Source: a virus
Length of the DNA stretch: 64,000 nucleotides
IMG/VR virus record: IMGVR_UViG_3300009155_000044
Span: 32,001-96,000 of that record
Direction: 5' to 3' (one strand)
Shown here piece by piece: positions 27,328 through 38,082 of this stretch. A program made the position numbers and the translations under genes. The number at the start of each line of letters is the position of its first letter. Position 1 is the stretch's first letter. Under the pieces are notes generated by a model. The model was not told where the DNA came from, searched no databases, and worked only from the letters and a program-made list of their open reading frames with translations.

Positions 27328-27773
27328 GCATCAATTGGACTCAAGTAAAACTCGTAATATAAATTATCAAATAAACGAATTGGACTCCATTCACTAATGA
27401 TAGCGAATATTTTACCATCAACTTCTACTCGACGAGCTTCTTTTATAAAATCAGCACTTGCTAAATCCACAACAATTTTAACAGATCCTTGTGGTAGTAT
27501 GATTTTACTAGCTGGAGAGTTTGGATCTGACAAAATTTCTTCTTTTAAATTTGTATAATAAATTCTTGCTTGAATAGTTTGACTAACTTCTTGATTCACA
27601 ATGCTAGTAGTTTTGCCAGCATTGCCATAAATACCGTTAAATTTAGCATTAGCTGTTGGCGCTAATTTTTGAGCATTTTTATAAACAACAATGGTTCTTG
27701 AAAAAGTATCATGAAGATTATTATAAATATTATTTATTGCTGCTTGTTTTGATGCATTAATGAAACTTGCCAT
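27324..27773 (-). CDS. Putative head closure (stopper) protein
   Basis: About 150 aa, beta-rich; GTGTAA box 8 nt upstream. Confidence 0.45.
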   Translation of the reverse strand: MASFINASKQAAINNIYNNLHDTFSRTIVVYKNAQKLAPTANAKFNGIYGNAGKTTSIVNQEVSQTIQARIYYTNLKEEILSDPNSPASKIILPQGSVKIVVDLASADFIKEARRVEVDGKIFAIISEWSPIRLFDNLYYEFYLSPIDA

Positions 27774-27818
27774 ATTGAAATTTACACTTTAAAAAGTATT
27801 ATATATAAAGGTATCAGG

Positions 27819-28109
27819 ATGAATGCTAAAAATTCTTTAGAGGATAGGTGTAAAAGGTCAATGTCTAGCTTATTTAAAGATATGCTAGTCATCATTGAAG
27901 ATTTAAAGTTTGAACATGACTTGCAATTTAGAAAAATATTAGATGTTCTACCAATTGAGCATCATAATGTAATTTATGCGGCAAATTATTTAACAGATGA
28001 TAAATCTACTCGATTGCGCAAAAGAGTTTTAGACATTGGAAATGAAGCTATTAGAGATTTTTCTGACGAATATGAAAAATATACTGTAACTTTTGTATTT
28101 AAAAATTAA
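27819..28109 (+). CDS. Hypothetical protein
   Basis: ORF track. Confidence 0.65.
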   Translation: MNAKNSLEDRCKRSMSSLFKDMLVIIEDLKFEHDLQFRKILDVLPIEHHNVIYAANYLTDDKSTRLRKRVLDIGNEAIRDFSDEYEKYTVTFVFKN

Positions 28110-28124
28110 AATATATTAAGGCAT

Positions 28125-28880
28125 ATGGATTTTAAAGAACTATACAATTTTACAGTAGATAAAGAAGTGGAAAAAGTAATCGAGTCTTCCAAGAAGGACA
28201 AGAAAACTGGTGAAGAAACTATCACTAAAAAAACAGTCAAGGAAAAAGTTCCAGTGATTATTAAACTAAAGCGTCCTTCTCGTAGAGAATTGGAAGAAGC
28301 CGAGTTGGAGTTTAGTGTTGAAATGAGTCGATGCGTTAAGAAGGGCATCTTAACAAAAGCTATGTTGGCTAAGAAGTATAGCGACACTGGCGGTTTGATG
28401 AGCGAAGATGACGCTCAATCATTGGTAGACTCTTATAAAAAGATTTTTGATTTGCAAAATGAATACTCTCGCTTAGAGATTGTTCAAAATAAAACTGACA
28501 AACAAAAAGAAAGAGTAGAAGAAATTTCCACTGAGCTTGTGAAAGTTCGCCGTCAAATTGTAGAGTTTGAAAGCAACTATCAATCTTTGTTTGATCATAC
28601 AGCAGATGTTAGAGCGCAGAATCGACTCATTCTCTGGTATGTAATCATGTTGACTCACATTCAAGAAGAGACTGATGAAAATCCTAAACCATTTTTTGGA
28701 AAAGGATCATTTGAGGACAAGATGGAAGAGTATTACAAGAGAGAAGAGGGCGAAGATCCTCTATATTTCTTAATTACTAAAAAGGCTGCAACAGTTTTAG
28801 CTTTCTGGTTCTTCAACCAAACCTCTGATAAAGACTCTTTTGATGGATTGATGAAACGACTCGAAACTAATGAACTGTGA
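28125..28880 (+). CDS. Putative tail assembly chaperone
   Basis: Charged helical protein upstream of the tape measure. Confidence 0.5.
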   Translation: MDFKELYNFTVDKEVEKVIESSKKDKKTGEETITKKTVKEKVPVIIKLKRPSRRELEEAELEFSVEMSRCVKKGILTKAMLAKKYSDTGGLMSEDDAQSLVDSYKKIFDLQNEYSRLEIVQNKTDKQKERVEEISTELVKVRRQIVEFESNYQSLFDHTADVRAQNRLILWYVIMLTHIQEETDENPKPFFGKGSFEDKMEEYYKREEGEDPLYFLITKKAATVLAFWFFNQTSDKDSFDGLMKRLETNEL

Positions 28881-29857
28881 GTGAAGAAGAGTATATCTCT
28901 ATAGTTGGAGAAATCTTTGATGGTTGTACTGAATTTGAGTACGCTGGGAAACCAGCGTACTTGAAGCATTTCTCTATTAGAGATCAAAGGTATATTCATC
29001 GTTATTATGATAAATACAAATCCATCGCTTTAAAAAAAGGAATTCCCGACGAAAAAACAATTTTAGCTAGACTAAAAAATGACAACTTATGGTCTGATGA
29101 TGATGATTTAAAAATTGCTAATTTAGAAGTTGACATTAGCGCTTTAAAAGAGACTCAAAAAAATCTTTATTTGCAGTCTCAAAAAGATAAAGTTGGCAAA
29201 AATATAGCTTCAAAAACTAACGAATTAAATAAATTACAATCTACAAAACGAGAGGTTGCTGGAACTACTGCCGAATCTTACGCTTCTAATCGCACAAATG
29301 AAGAATTTATAAGATACATTTTATTTAAAGATGAGAGTTTAAAAGAGCATTTGTTTTCTCAAGAGGAATTTGATGAATTAGAAGACTATAACATCAACTA
29401 TTTAATCAAAGTATACTCATCTTCAAATCATCGTTTAAACGAAGATAATATTCAACACTGTGTTTTAAGAGATTTCTTTAACATGTATCTCTCTCAGACT
29501 GAAGATTTGTCAGCATTTTATGGCAAACCAATTATTCAACTATCAATTTTTCAATTAAAACTAGCATTGTATGCTAGAGTGTTTTTTAACATATTTCAAT
29601 ATAATGAAGACATTCCAGACACTATTAAAAAAGATCCATCTGCAATTTTAAGATTTTCAGAGAGCAAAAAAGGCGGCAATAAACAGTCAACAAAACGACA
29701 AGCTAAAGAATCTGAATCCACAGTAATTTTTGGCGCTACTAAAGAAGATTTAAAACAAATAGATCCTAATGCTCGCACCATTTCTTTAGAAGACGCAATC
29801 AAGAACAATGGAGGAAGTCTTAATATGGAACAAATGATGAAATTGATGGATGGTTAG
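28877..29857 (+). CDS. Putative second tail assembly chaperone
   Basis: GTGA overlap with the previous gene; immediately upstream of the tape measure. Confidence 0.45.
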   Translation: MSEEEYISIVGEIFDGCTEFEYAGKPAYLKHFSIRDQRYIHRYYDKYKSIALKKGIPDEKTILARLKNDNLWSDDDDLKIANLEVDISALKETQKNLYLQSQKDKVGKNIASKTNELNKLQSTKREVAGTTAESYASNRTNEEFIRYILFKDESLKEHLFSQEEFDELEDYNINYLIKVYSSSNHRLNEDNIQHCVLRDFFNMYLSQTEDLSAFYGKPIIQLSIFQLKLALYARVFFNIFQYNEDIPDTIKKDPSAILRFSESKKGGNKQSTKRQAKESESTVIFGATKEDLKQIDPNARTISLEDAIKNNGGSLNMEQMMKLMDG

Positions 29858-29894
29858 GATTTTTTAGTGTAAAGCTCTTAAAGGAGCAAGGACA

Positions 29895-32800
29895 ATGGCA
29901 TTACAACTTCCAGTAGTACAAACAGGTTTAGAAGCGAGCATTCAAGCGGCAATGAGAAATGCTGGCAAAGGCGCTGTGATTAATTTGGGAACTAGCGGCA
30001 AACAAATTGCCTCACTATCTCAACCACTAGGAAGAATCACTGGTCAAGCTGATCAATTCACAAAATCAATGGAAGCTGCGAATGCTCGCGTTTTCGCATT
30101 CGGAGCATCTGTTGGCATTATTAATAATGTTGCTAAAGCATTTAAAGGGATTATTACTAGCACAATAGAAGTTGAGACTTCTTTAGCAAATATTTATAGC
30201 GTTTTAGATAAAGCTGGATTAAGTGCTAAAGAGTTTGAAAGTGGACTATTTGAAGCTGCAAAAAATGCTGGGCAATCATTCAAAGTTGCTGCCGATGCAG
30301 CTTTAGAATTATCTCGTCAAGGTTTAAATTCACAAGATGTTTTAAAAAGATTAAATGATACTTTAATTTTAACTCGTTTATCTGGATTAGATTCTGCTGC
30401 TGCTGTAGAAGGCTTGAGCGCAGCATACAACTCTTTTGCTGGAACTGGTATTACAACTACAGAAATTCTTAATAAATTAGTTGCTGTTTCTCAAAAATAT
30501 GCAGTTTCTGAAAAAGATCTTATTGAAGGCATTAAAAGAGCAGGATCTACGGCTCAACAAGCTGGAGTTTCTTTTGATGAACTTGCAGCTTTGATTACTG
30601 CTGTACAAGAAAAGACTGCTAGAGGTGGTGCAGTTATTGGTAACTCTTTCAAAACTATTTTTGCTAGACTTCAAGATAAAACAACTCTTGAGTATTTAAG
30701 CGATTTAGGCATTGGAGTTACTGATTTAGAGGGAAAGGTTCTTCCAGCTACTGCAATCATGGAGGGATTAGCTGCAAAATTTAACGATTTTTCAAAAATT
30801 GGACAAGCTGACATTGCTGAAAAGCTGGGTGGTATTTATCAATTGGGAAATTTGCTTGCGGCACTTCAAGATTTATCTAGTGAACAGTCTAAGTATACAG
30901 GAGCTATTAAAGTATCAGCAGAAGCAGCTGATCAAGCTTATCAAAAAAATGCAGCTTTAAATAACACTCTAGAGAGCATCTTGAATAGAGTTTCAGTGAG
31001 TGCTGAACAGTTAGGAGCTACTCTTGGCTCGCTAGGAGTAACTGATAATTTAAAAAATATTTTAAATTTCTTTACTTGGCTTTTAGATGGTATTCAAAAA
31101 GTTTTACAAGAGGATAGTGGAATTGGTAAATTTTTTAAAGGATTAGTTGCTGGTATTGGTAATTTAATCTCTGGGCCAGGACTAGCACTATTTGGAGCTA
31201 TCATTCTTAAACTATCAAGAGATCTTGTTCAGTTTGGATTTTCTAGTTTAAAAAGTTTTTTTGGCATTGGTCAAGCTGCCAAGCAAATTGCAGATGTTGA
31301 AAAATCTGTTGCTCAAGCATTGTCTACAAATGTTTCTTTACAACAACGCTTGTTAGCTGTTGAGGGAGATCGAGCAGCACAGTTAAGAATTATCAGCGCT
31401 GAGATTATTGCTCAAGAAGCGATGCTTAGAAGAATTGCGAGCACATCAGCAGCAATTGCTCCTGGTTTATATGGAGGTGGCGTAAGATCAACAGGACAAG
31501 GCTTGCGCGTTCCAAAAGCTGCTGATGGATACATGCCAGCAGTTGCGGAAGAAGCCTCTAGCGTGAAGCGTGGAGTTGGTGGGGCTAAGCCTTCAGACAA
31601 GCCAGTAGTCATTCCAAACTTCAACTTTGGAGGGGGCAAGCGTGGAACCATGGTTGCAAACTCTGGAGAACACATTGTCCCAAACTTTAATGGAAGCGGC
31701 GGGAGCGCTATCTTCAATAGAGACATGGTGAGAAAAATGGGAATGCCTGTTGGAGCGCAAAAAATTAATTCTGCTGGAGGTTTTGTTCCAAATTTTGCTA
31801 ACGAAATTATTGAAAGTAAAACATTTGAAGTGCAACAATTACCTAAGTTTAAAAATATGGGTAAAGCAGATTTAAATGATGATTTTCAAACTTCTATAGA
31901 AATTATTAGACAAAAAAAATCCATTGGTCATTATAATGCTGCTGCTCAATCAATGGCTCAATCAATGGCTCAATCAATTTTGCCTGTATATGGAAAAAGT
32001 ACTGGAAAAAAAATAAATCAAGAATATTTTGATAAAGTTATTAAAGGTTTTGAAGATGACGGAGTTGATAAAAATGCAATAACAAAATTAAAAACATCAA
32101 TAATAAATGCTGATCCAAATAAGTCTGATGTAGATAAAAACTCTAACTGGACAAATATTAGAAGTGCCATTCAAGGAATACTTGGAGAAGTTGATGCGGC
32201 AAAATTACTAAATACCACAATTACTCAAGGAAATGCTTTTGTAGATTTAACTTCTGGAGAAGAAGTAAAAACTAGAGTAATTCAAAGCTCTAAAGACTTG
32301 ATGAAAAAAGTAGCTAATATTTATTTAGAAACTCATAATACTAAAAATGGCTTAAAAGATGAAATCAGAAAAAATAAGTTAGGTGGTAATTTTAAAGTTG
32401 TAATGCCATTAGGATCTAAATTACGTGCGGCTAATGGTTTTATTCCAAATTTTGCAATCAGTCAAAGAGAAGCTGCTTATAATGCTTGGGATAGCCCATT
32501 GAAAAATGGTAAACCATATGATTTTGTAAAAAATGCTAGCGGACAAAAGGGAACTAGTCCTAATAAAACAGAAGCTATTAAAATATCACAAGCGCTTGAT
32601 CTTTATATAGCAGAAAATTCTGCTCAAAATAGAAACGATTATAAATCTAATAAACAAGAGAGTGTAACTAAAAGACGCGCAGATACAAGTGGGGCTGTAG
32701 CTGAATTTGGAATGATTTATCCATCAAATTCAAAAGGTTCAGTCTCATCATTTTTAGTTGGAAGTCAAAACGAAGTTGTAAAGGGCATTCCAATTATTGG

Positions 32801-35800
32801 TAAACCATCAGATGACTTGTATCCTGAAATTGAAAAGGGAATTATTAATGCTGGAATGAATTATGCTAAAAATTTAGGATTTAATCCTGATATCATACAA
32901 GAAGAGAGATTTGCAGCAGGAATAAAAAGCCATCTAAATCCTGGAACTATTGAAGCTGCTTTTGGAACAGTTTTTGAAAGCGTATTTCAGTCGGCTATGC
33001 AAGTGCCGCCAAATAATAATCAAACACTTGATTTACCAAATAGATCCAAGTTAAATTCATTTGTTGGATCTATGGAAAGGGGTGGAATATTAAAAGCTTC
33101 TATCGCTAATAATATAAATCCAGAGATGCTAGCTGCTGATTTTAAAAATGATTTGAGCGATTTAAATTTAAGTAGCATGGCTGCAAAAATTAAAGCATAT
33201 CGAGATAAACAAGCTACTAGAGGAAATACTACTAAAACTTCTGCTAGAGGTTTCATTCCAAACTTTGCAAACTCATCCATGCCTCCTGTATCCATGGTGC
33301 CAATGCCAAAAAGTGCAGAGTATCAAAGAAGGCAAAGAGAAAGATCTGCTAAAGCTCAAAAATATAGAAGCGCCTCTGGACTTATAGGAGATTTGTTTAA
33401 AACTCTTCCAGAGAAATTTTTTACAGATTTAGTTTTAGGAGACTCTGACTATGGAGTTGAAACTCCAAGCATTTTCAAAGCTATTAAAGATAGCGCACTT
33501 TATTCAGCAGCTTTTGCTGGTCCAAATGCTTTAAAGTTTGTTCAAGAAGCAGAGGAATATGGTTTAAAAGTTGCTAAAAGTCTTCAAGATAAATTAGCAA
33601 AATTAGTTGTTAAAGCTACAACTAAAAAATCTAGCGCTAATGGATTTTTACCAAACTTTGCAGATCCAGTCCAAGCTGCTATTGGCAGGGAAATGAGCGC
33701 TGGAGTTCCAGCTTCTCAAATTTACATCGACCAGAATTCATCATTAAAGAGCGCTATGAATCCTAATGGACTCATGGTGGCTAATCGTATAGATGAACCA
33801 ATGGGAGGCTCACAGGGCATTGCTAGAGCGCGTAAAGAGGGATCTAATCCAATGACGTATGGAGCAGCTAGAGGTTTTGTGCCAAACTATGCTAATATTG
33901 GATCATTTCAAACTCAAGGAAACTCAATTACTAGTAATCAGGCATCAATAAATCAACCAGCAGTAAATACTGCTGCTGCTGCTGCTGCTGCATCTAGTGT
34001 TGTTATTAGTGCTGCTTCCCAAGCAGCAGCAAAACTTCCCCTACCAAAATCTACTGCAAGATCAATTACACAATATCCAAAAGTAAACGTTGATACTTCT
34101 AGCAATAAAAATTCTCAAGTGAGTGGTGAAAGAATGCTTGGAACTATTTTTGCAATTCAAGGTGCATTATCAGTTTTACAAGGAGTTGTTGGTGAAGTTT
34201 CTGGAGAAATGGGTGTAGCATTAAGGGTTATAACTAGTGGTTTAAGCTCTTTAACTACGGGGGCATTTGCTCTTCAAGGATTGCAAGGTATGGGCGGATT
34301 AATAGGTGGAGCTACAAAAGCTCTTGGCCCATATGCTTTAGCTTTAGGAGCAGCAACAGCAGCTACTAATGCTTTTGTAGACTACATGAATGAAACTAGT
34401 GGAGCAAATACAGTTGCTGCTAAAAGTTTAGAAAGAGTTGATAGAGCAGCTTCGCAATCTTCTGGAAAATTAGAAGATTATGCAAAAACAGCGCAAGATG
34501 ACATAAGAAAAAGAGCTTCAATACAGGTTGAAGCTATGATGGGGGAAAATAAAACAGATGGTGGTTATAAAATCTTTGGAGATACTCCACAATTAAAAGC
34601 TGTAAAAGAAATATATGCAAAGGGTTTAGGCGCTGGAGCTTTTGGTCCTGATTTGGCTGATATATTAAAAAAGTCAGCTGAAAATGGTCTTACAGATAGT
34701 GAAGTTGATGATTTTTCAATATCGGTAGCAACTTTTATTGAAGCAATAAATAAAGTTCCAGATGAAATATTTAATAGTATAGATAAATCTTCTGAAATTT
34801 ATAAAGCATTATCTGAAAATCCAACCACTATTGAAAATAATTTAAAAAATTCAAATGGGCTTTTATATGAGCCTTTATATGAATTGAGAAAAAAATTCCA
34901 AGACGCTGGAATGCGAAATGACGACGCAATTAATAAAAATATTATGAATTTTGCGTCTAAAGTTAAAACTGAAACAAATGCTAAAGATTCAGAAAACCAG
35001 ATGGCTATTTCTAGAGTTCCAGCTGAAGTATATAAACAAGAATTAAATTCAATTATAAAAATTGCTAAAGCTAAAGCTGAAGCAAAAAGAGTTGAAGAAG
35101 ACCTTGATACTCAAGCATTACAAAAGGGTAAGGAGTTAGGTGCATTATCTGAGTCTCAGATTAATATACTACAGTATAAGATAGCTTTAAAATCTGAAGA
35201 TTTAAAACTAGAGGATTTACATCGTGATGCTTTAAGTGCTATAGTTGATACCATGGATGCTCAACAGATATCTGATGAAAAAAGAATTACTTTAAAAACA
35301 CTAATTAATCAATTAGCAGATAAAGATAGAATAACAGCAGAAGATATTAAAAATATTACTGAAGAATCTTTAAAAGCTCAAGGAACTATTCCAGAAATTG
35401 TGGCTAAAACAGCAGAGGAAAAGAAAAAAGCATTAGAGCTAGACACAAAGGTAAGTAAGATTGCTAAAGCTATTCTAGAAGCAGAAAATGGTAGAACTGT
35501 TGCAACTTTAAAAACTAAACAAGCGATTAATGAAATTATACAGTCAACAAGTCATTTATTGACAATGAAAAATTTTCAGATTGATTTAACAGCAACAATC
35601 AAAACTAATGAAATTGAAAAAGAAATAAGAAGACTGGAACTTAATCAGCCGCAAAATACAGTAGCTGCTCGCGCACAAGCTGCTCAAATTGCACAAAAAA
35701 AATATGAATTATTGCAAACTCAATCTCCACTTGAGGCTCAAAAAAAATTCAATAATGCTAAAACTGGATTAATAAATCAAGCTAACAGTTTAAGTCTTAA

Positions 35801-38081
35801 CGACACTGATTTTGCAAATTTACAAAAATCAATTGAATCATCAAAAAATATATCTGAACTTCAAAATAAAGCTAAGATTCCAACAGGAGTAGTTTTTAAT
35901 AGAGACAAATATCCTGAATATGCAAGTGCTATAGATACTACAATAGCTGAATTGAAACAATTTGATGCAAATACAGCTGGAAGTATTGCTGCCGCCTCAG
36001 ATGAGCTTGCAAAATCTAAATTACCGCTAGTAGTTAAAAAATTCTCAGACTATGTTATTGATTTAAATGATGGTTTAGATGCAGCTATAGAACAAGCTAA
36101 ATTTGAATTTTTATCAACTACTAGTGGCTCTGGATTATTAGATAAAGCATCAAAAGACAAATTTAATGCTGAAATGAAATCTGCTGGCACTAGTTCATCT
36201 GGAATTTCTCAAGCTTATGCTAATGAAGCAGCGAGATCTGATCAAAGAAGATTAGCATTAGCAGGATCTGCGGGAGATAAAACATCAATAGAATACGATA
36301 TTGAAATAAATAAAAAAATTCTTGCTATTAAACAAGAGAGCGTTGATACTCAAACACTATCAGAGGATCAAGAAGCTAGAATTCTTGAGCTTGAAAAACA
36401 ACGCTTAGAAGTTAATAAATCTTTGAGTCAAAAACTCAAAGAAGCTTTTGCCACTTCGCCACAAGATCAAATCAATAAATTAAACAACACTCTTGTTGAG
36501 GGCGCTGTCAAATTCAGAGACACAATGATTGATGGCATTGTTCAAGCTATAGAAACTGGCAAAGGACTAAAAGATGTTTTAACTTCTGCTGTGTTAGATT
36601 TCTCCAGAGAACTCATGAGAACTTCGTTGAGAAATCTTACTGGTTCATTATTTGGCGGAATTGGTGGAATGTTTGGACAGGGCAATCAAATTTCCACAGG
36701 AGCTTCTGGAGGAGCCGTTTCTGGAGGAAGCGGAAGCAAGGATGACGTTCCAGCAATGCTCATGGGCGGAGAGTACATCATTAATAAAAAATCAGTTAAT
36801 AAATATGGACCAAAATTCTTAGAAGCTATCAATTCTGGAAATTTAAATGGATATGCTAAAGGCGGAAAAGTAAAAGACTATTTTACTCCTGGAACTTATG
36901 GCGTGAAACAAATGACTACTGATGATGATTTATTAGCTTTTGCAACTCAAGAATCTACTAGCGGAAAAAAAGATAAAATTCGTTCTGGAGATGGATTTGC
37001 ATCAGTTTCTTTAGAACCAGAGAGTGTTCGATTAACTAATTTTGGCAGAAGAAATAGTCCACAAGCTCAAAGAGCCAAAGATGTTAGAAAACAAATCTTT
37101 GGAATCTACATTGATGAAATGAAAAAAGCTGCTGAATTAAAAAGACAAGAAGAAGAAGAGAAAAAAGCTAGAAAAAAAGCTATTAAAAATGCTTTGATTA
37201 TGGCAGGAATTTCTATAGCTGGATCAGCATTAATAGGAGCAGCAACTAGTGGGTTTAGCAATGCTTACTCAACATCTAAACTTGCTGGAGGCACTTTTGG
37301 AAAAAATGTAGGATCTGGAGTGGGAGGAATGTTTACAGGAGGAGGAGTTTCTGGTTTGCAAGGAAATAACTATGGAGGACTATTTAACATGTTCTCTAAA
37401 TCTGGATATGTTACTAAAGCTAGCCAAATGGCTGGAAGTATCACTAGCAAAGGTTTTATAGGGCCAGTTCAAAATTCTAGCAATGTTAATATTGGTAATA
37501 ATATAGCCCAACCGAGCTTTCCTTTAGGAGGCTCATCTGAAACTTATGCAGGAGGGTTATTTCCGATGGGATTGACTCCTGAACTTGGAGCATCTGGACC
37601 TGGAATGAGTTATGGTACAGCAATAGATTTAACTAATCCTAATAGTGAAGATCCATATAATCCATTTCGTATAACAACAAGAGCAGTTGGGGGATCCATT
37701 TCTGAAACAGCAGGAATAGATACAATTCCAACAATGCTTTCTGGTGGAGAATTCGTTATGAATCGTGCTGCTGCTCAAAATATTGGACCTGGAAACTTGC
37801 AAGCTATGAATGCTGGAGCTTCTAAACCAATGAGCGAAGAAGCTTCAAAAGATTTAAATAACAAATTAATTTCTAAATTTGATGAACTCATTGGAACGAC
37901 TGAAAAATCCACAGGTTCAATCACTATTAATGTGGATGGATCCTCTGGAAAAAGTTCAGAAAACTCCTCTGGTCAAACTCAAGGAGCAAATCAACAACTT
38001 TCGCGCCAAATCAGAGATGCTGTTTTAAAAGTTATTCAAGAGGAAAAACGTCTTGGCGGTCAATTAAGAAGAGGAATGTAA
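29895..38081 (+). CDS. Tail tape measure protein (2728 aa) with internal modules
   Basis: TP901-type N-terminus (GRITGQADQFTKSMEAANARV; ARGGAVIGNSFKTIFAR), Ala/Gly-rich helices, and two DxVPxMLxGGE motifs near the C-terminus. Confidence 0.9.
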   Translation: MALQLPVVQTGLEASIQAAMRNAGKGAVINLGTSGKQIASLSQPLGRITGQADQFTKSMEAANARVFAFGASVGIINNVAKAFKGIITSTIEVETSLANIYSVLDKAGLSAKEFESGLFEAAKNAGQSFKVAADAALELSRQGLNSQDVLKRLNDTLILTRLSGLDSAAAVEGLSAAYNSFAGTGITTTEILNKLVAVSQKYAVSEKDLIEGIKRAGSTAQQAGVSFDELAALITAVQEKTARGGAVIGNSFKTIFARLQDKTTLEYLSDLGIGVTDLEGKVLPATAIMEGLAAKFNDFSKIGQADIAEKLGGIYQLGNLLAALQDLSSEQSKYTGAIKVSAEAADQAYQKNAALNNTLESILNRVSVSAEQLGATLGSLGVTDNLKNILNFFTWLLDGIQKVLQEDSGIGKFFKGLVAGIGNLISGPGLALFGAIILKLSRDLVQFGFSSLKSFFGIGQAAKQIADVEKSVAQALSTNVSLQQRLLAVEGDRAAQLRIISAEIIAQEAMLRRIASTSAAIAPGLYGGGVRSTGQGLRVPKAADGYMPAVAEEASSVKRGVGGAKPSDKPVVIPNFNFGGGKRGTMVANSGEHIVPNFNGSGGSAIFNRDMVRKMGMPVGAQKINSAGGFVPNFANEIIESKTFEVQQLPKFKNMGKADLNDDFQTSIEIIRQKKSIGHYNAAAQSMAQSMAQSILPVYGKSTGKKINQEYFDKVIKGFEDDGVDKNAITKLKTSIINADPNKSDVDKNSNWTNIRSAIQGILGEVDAAKLLNTTITQGNAFVDLTSGEEVKTRVIQSSKDLMKKVANIYLETHNTKNGLKDEIRKNKLGGNFKVVMPLGSKLRAANGFIPNFAISQREAAYNAWDSPLKNGKPYDFVKNASGQKGTSPNKTEAIKISQALDLYIAENSAQNRNDYKSNKQESVTKRRADTSGAVAEFGMIYPSNSKGSVSSFLVGSQNEVVKGIPIIGKPSDDLYPEIEKGIINAGMNYAKNLGFNPDIIQEERFAAGIKSHLNPGTIEAAFGTVFESVFQSAMQVPPNNNQTLDLPNRSKLNSFVGSMERGGILKASIANNINPEMLAADFKNDLSDLNLSSMAAKIKAYRDKQATRGNTTKTSARGFIPNFANSSMPPVSMVPMPKSAEYQRRQRERSAKAQKYRSASGLIGDLFKTLPEKFFTDLVLGDSDYGVETPSIFKAIKDSALYSAAFAGPNALKFVQEAEEYGLKVAKSLQDKLAKLVVKATTKKSSANGFLPNFADPVQAAIGREMSAGVPASQIYIDQNSSLKSAMNPNGLMVANRIDEPMGGSQGIARARKEGSNPMTYGAARGFVPNYANIGSFQTQGNSITSNQASINQPAVNTAAAAAAASSVVISAASQAAAKLPLPKSTARSITQYPKVNVDTSSNKNSQVSGERMLGTIFAIQGALSVLQGVVGEVSGEMGVALRVITSGLSSLTTGAFALQGLQGMGGLIGGATKALGPYALALGAATAATNAFVDYMNETSGANTVAAKSLERVDRAASQSSGKLEDYAKTAQDDIRKRASIQVEAMMGENKTDGGYKIFGDTPQLKAVKEIYAKGLGAGAFGPDLADILKKSAENGLTDSEVDDFSISVATFIEAINKVPDEIFNSIDKSSEIYKALSENPTTIENNLKNSNGLLYEPLYELRKKFQDAGMRNDDAINKNIMNFASKVKTETNAKDSENQMAISRVPAEVYKQELNSIIKIAKAKAEAKRVEEDLDTQALQKGKELGALSESQINILQYKIALKSEDLKLEDLHRDALSAIVDTMDAQQISDEKRITLKTLINQLADKDRITAEDIKNITEESLKAQGTIPEIVAKTAEEKKKALELDTKVSKIAKAILEAENGRTVATLKTKQAINEIIQSTSHLLTMKNFQIDLTATIKTNEIEKEIRRLELNQPQNTVAARAQAAQIAQKKYELLQTQSPLEAQKKFNNAKTGLINQANSLSLNDTDFANLQKSIESSKNISELQNKAKIPTGVVFNRDKYPEYASAIDTTIAELKQFDANTAGSIAAASDELAKSKLPLVVKKFSDYVIDLNDGLDAAIEQAKFEFLSTTSGSGLLDKASKDKFNAEMKSAGTSSSGISQAYANEAARSDQRRLALAGSAGDKTSIEYDIEINKKILAIKQESVDTQTLSEDQEARILELEKQRLEVNKSLSQKLKEAFATSPQDQINKLNNTLVEGAVKFRDTMIDGIVQAIETGKGLKDVLTSAVLDFSRELMRTSLRNLTGSLFGGIGGMFGQGNQISTGASGGAVSGGSGSKDDVPAMLMGGEYIINKKSVNKYGPKFLEAINSGNLNGYAKGGKVKDYFTPGTYGVKQMTTDDDLLAFATQESTSGKKDKIRSGDGFASVSLEPESVRLTNFGRRNSPQAQRAKDVRKQIFGIYIDEMKKAAELKRQEEEEKKARKKAIKNALIMAGISIAGSALIGAATSGFSNAYSTSKLAGGTFGKNVGSGVGGMFTGGGVSGLQGNNYGGLFNMFSKSGYVTKASQMAGSITSKGFIGPVQNSSNVNIGNNIAQPSFPLGGSSETYAGGLFPMGLTPELGASGPGMSYGTAIDLTNPNSEDPYNPFRITTRAVGGSISETAGIDTIPTMLSGGEFVMNRAAAQNIGPGNLQAMNAGASKPMSEEASKDLNNKLISKFDELIGTTEKSTGSITINVDGSSGKSSENSSGQTQGANQQLSRQIRDAVLKVIQEEKRLGGQLRRGM

Positions 38082-38082
38082 C

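Noticed and set aside
28860-28885. Programmed frameshift joining the two tail chaperones
   Set aside because: No clear slippery heptamer near the first stop; a simple GTGA start/stop overlap explains the junction.
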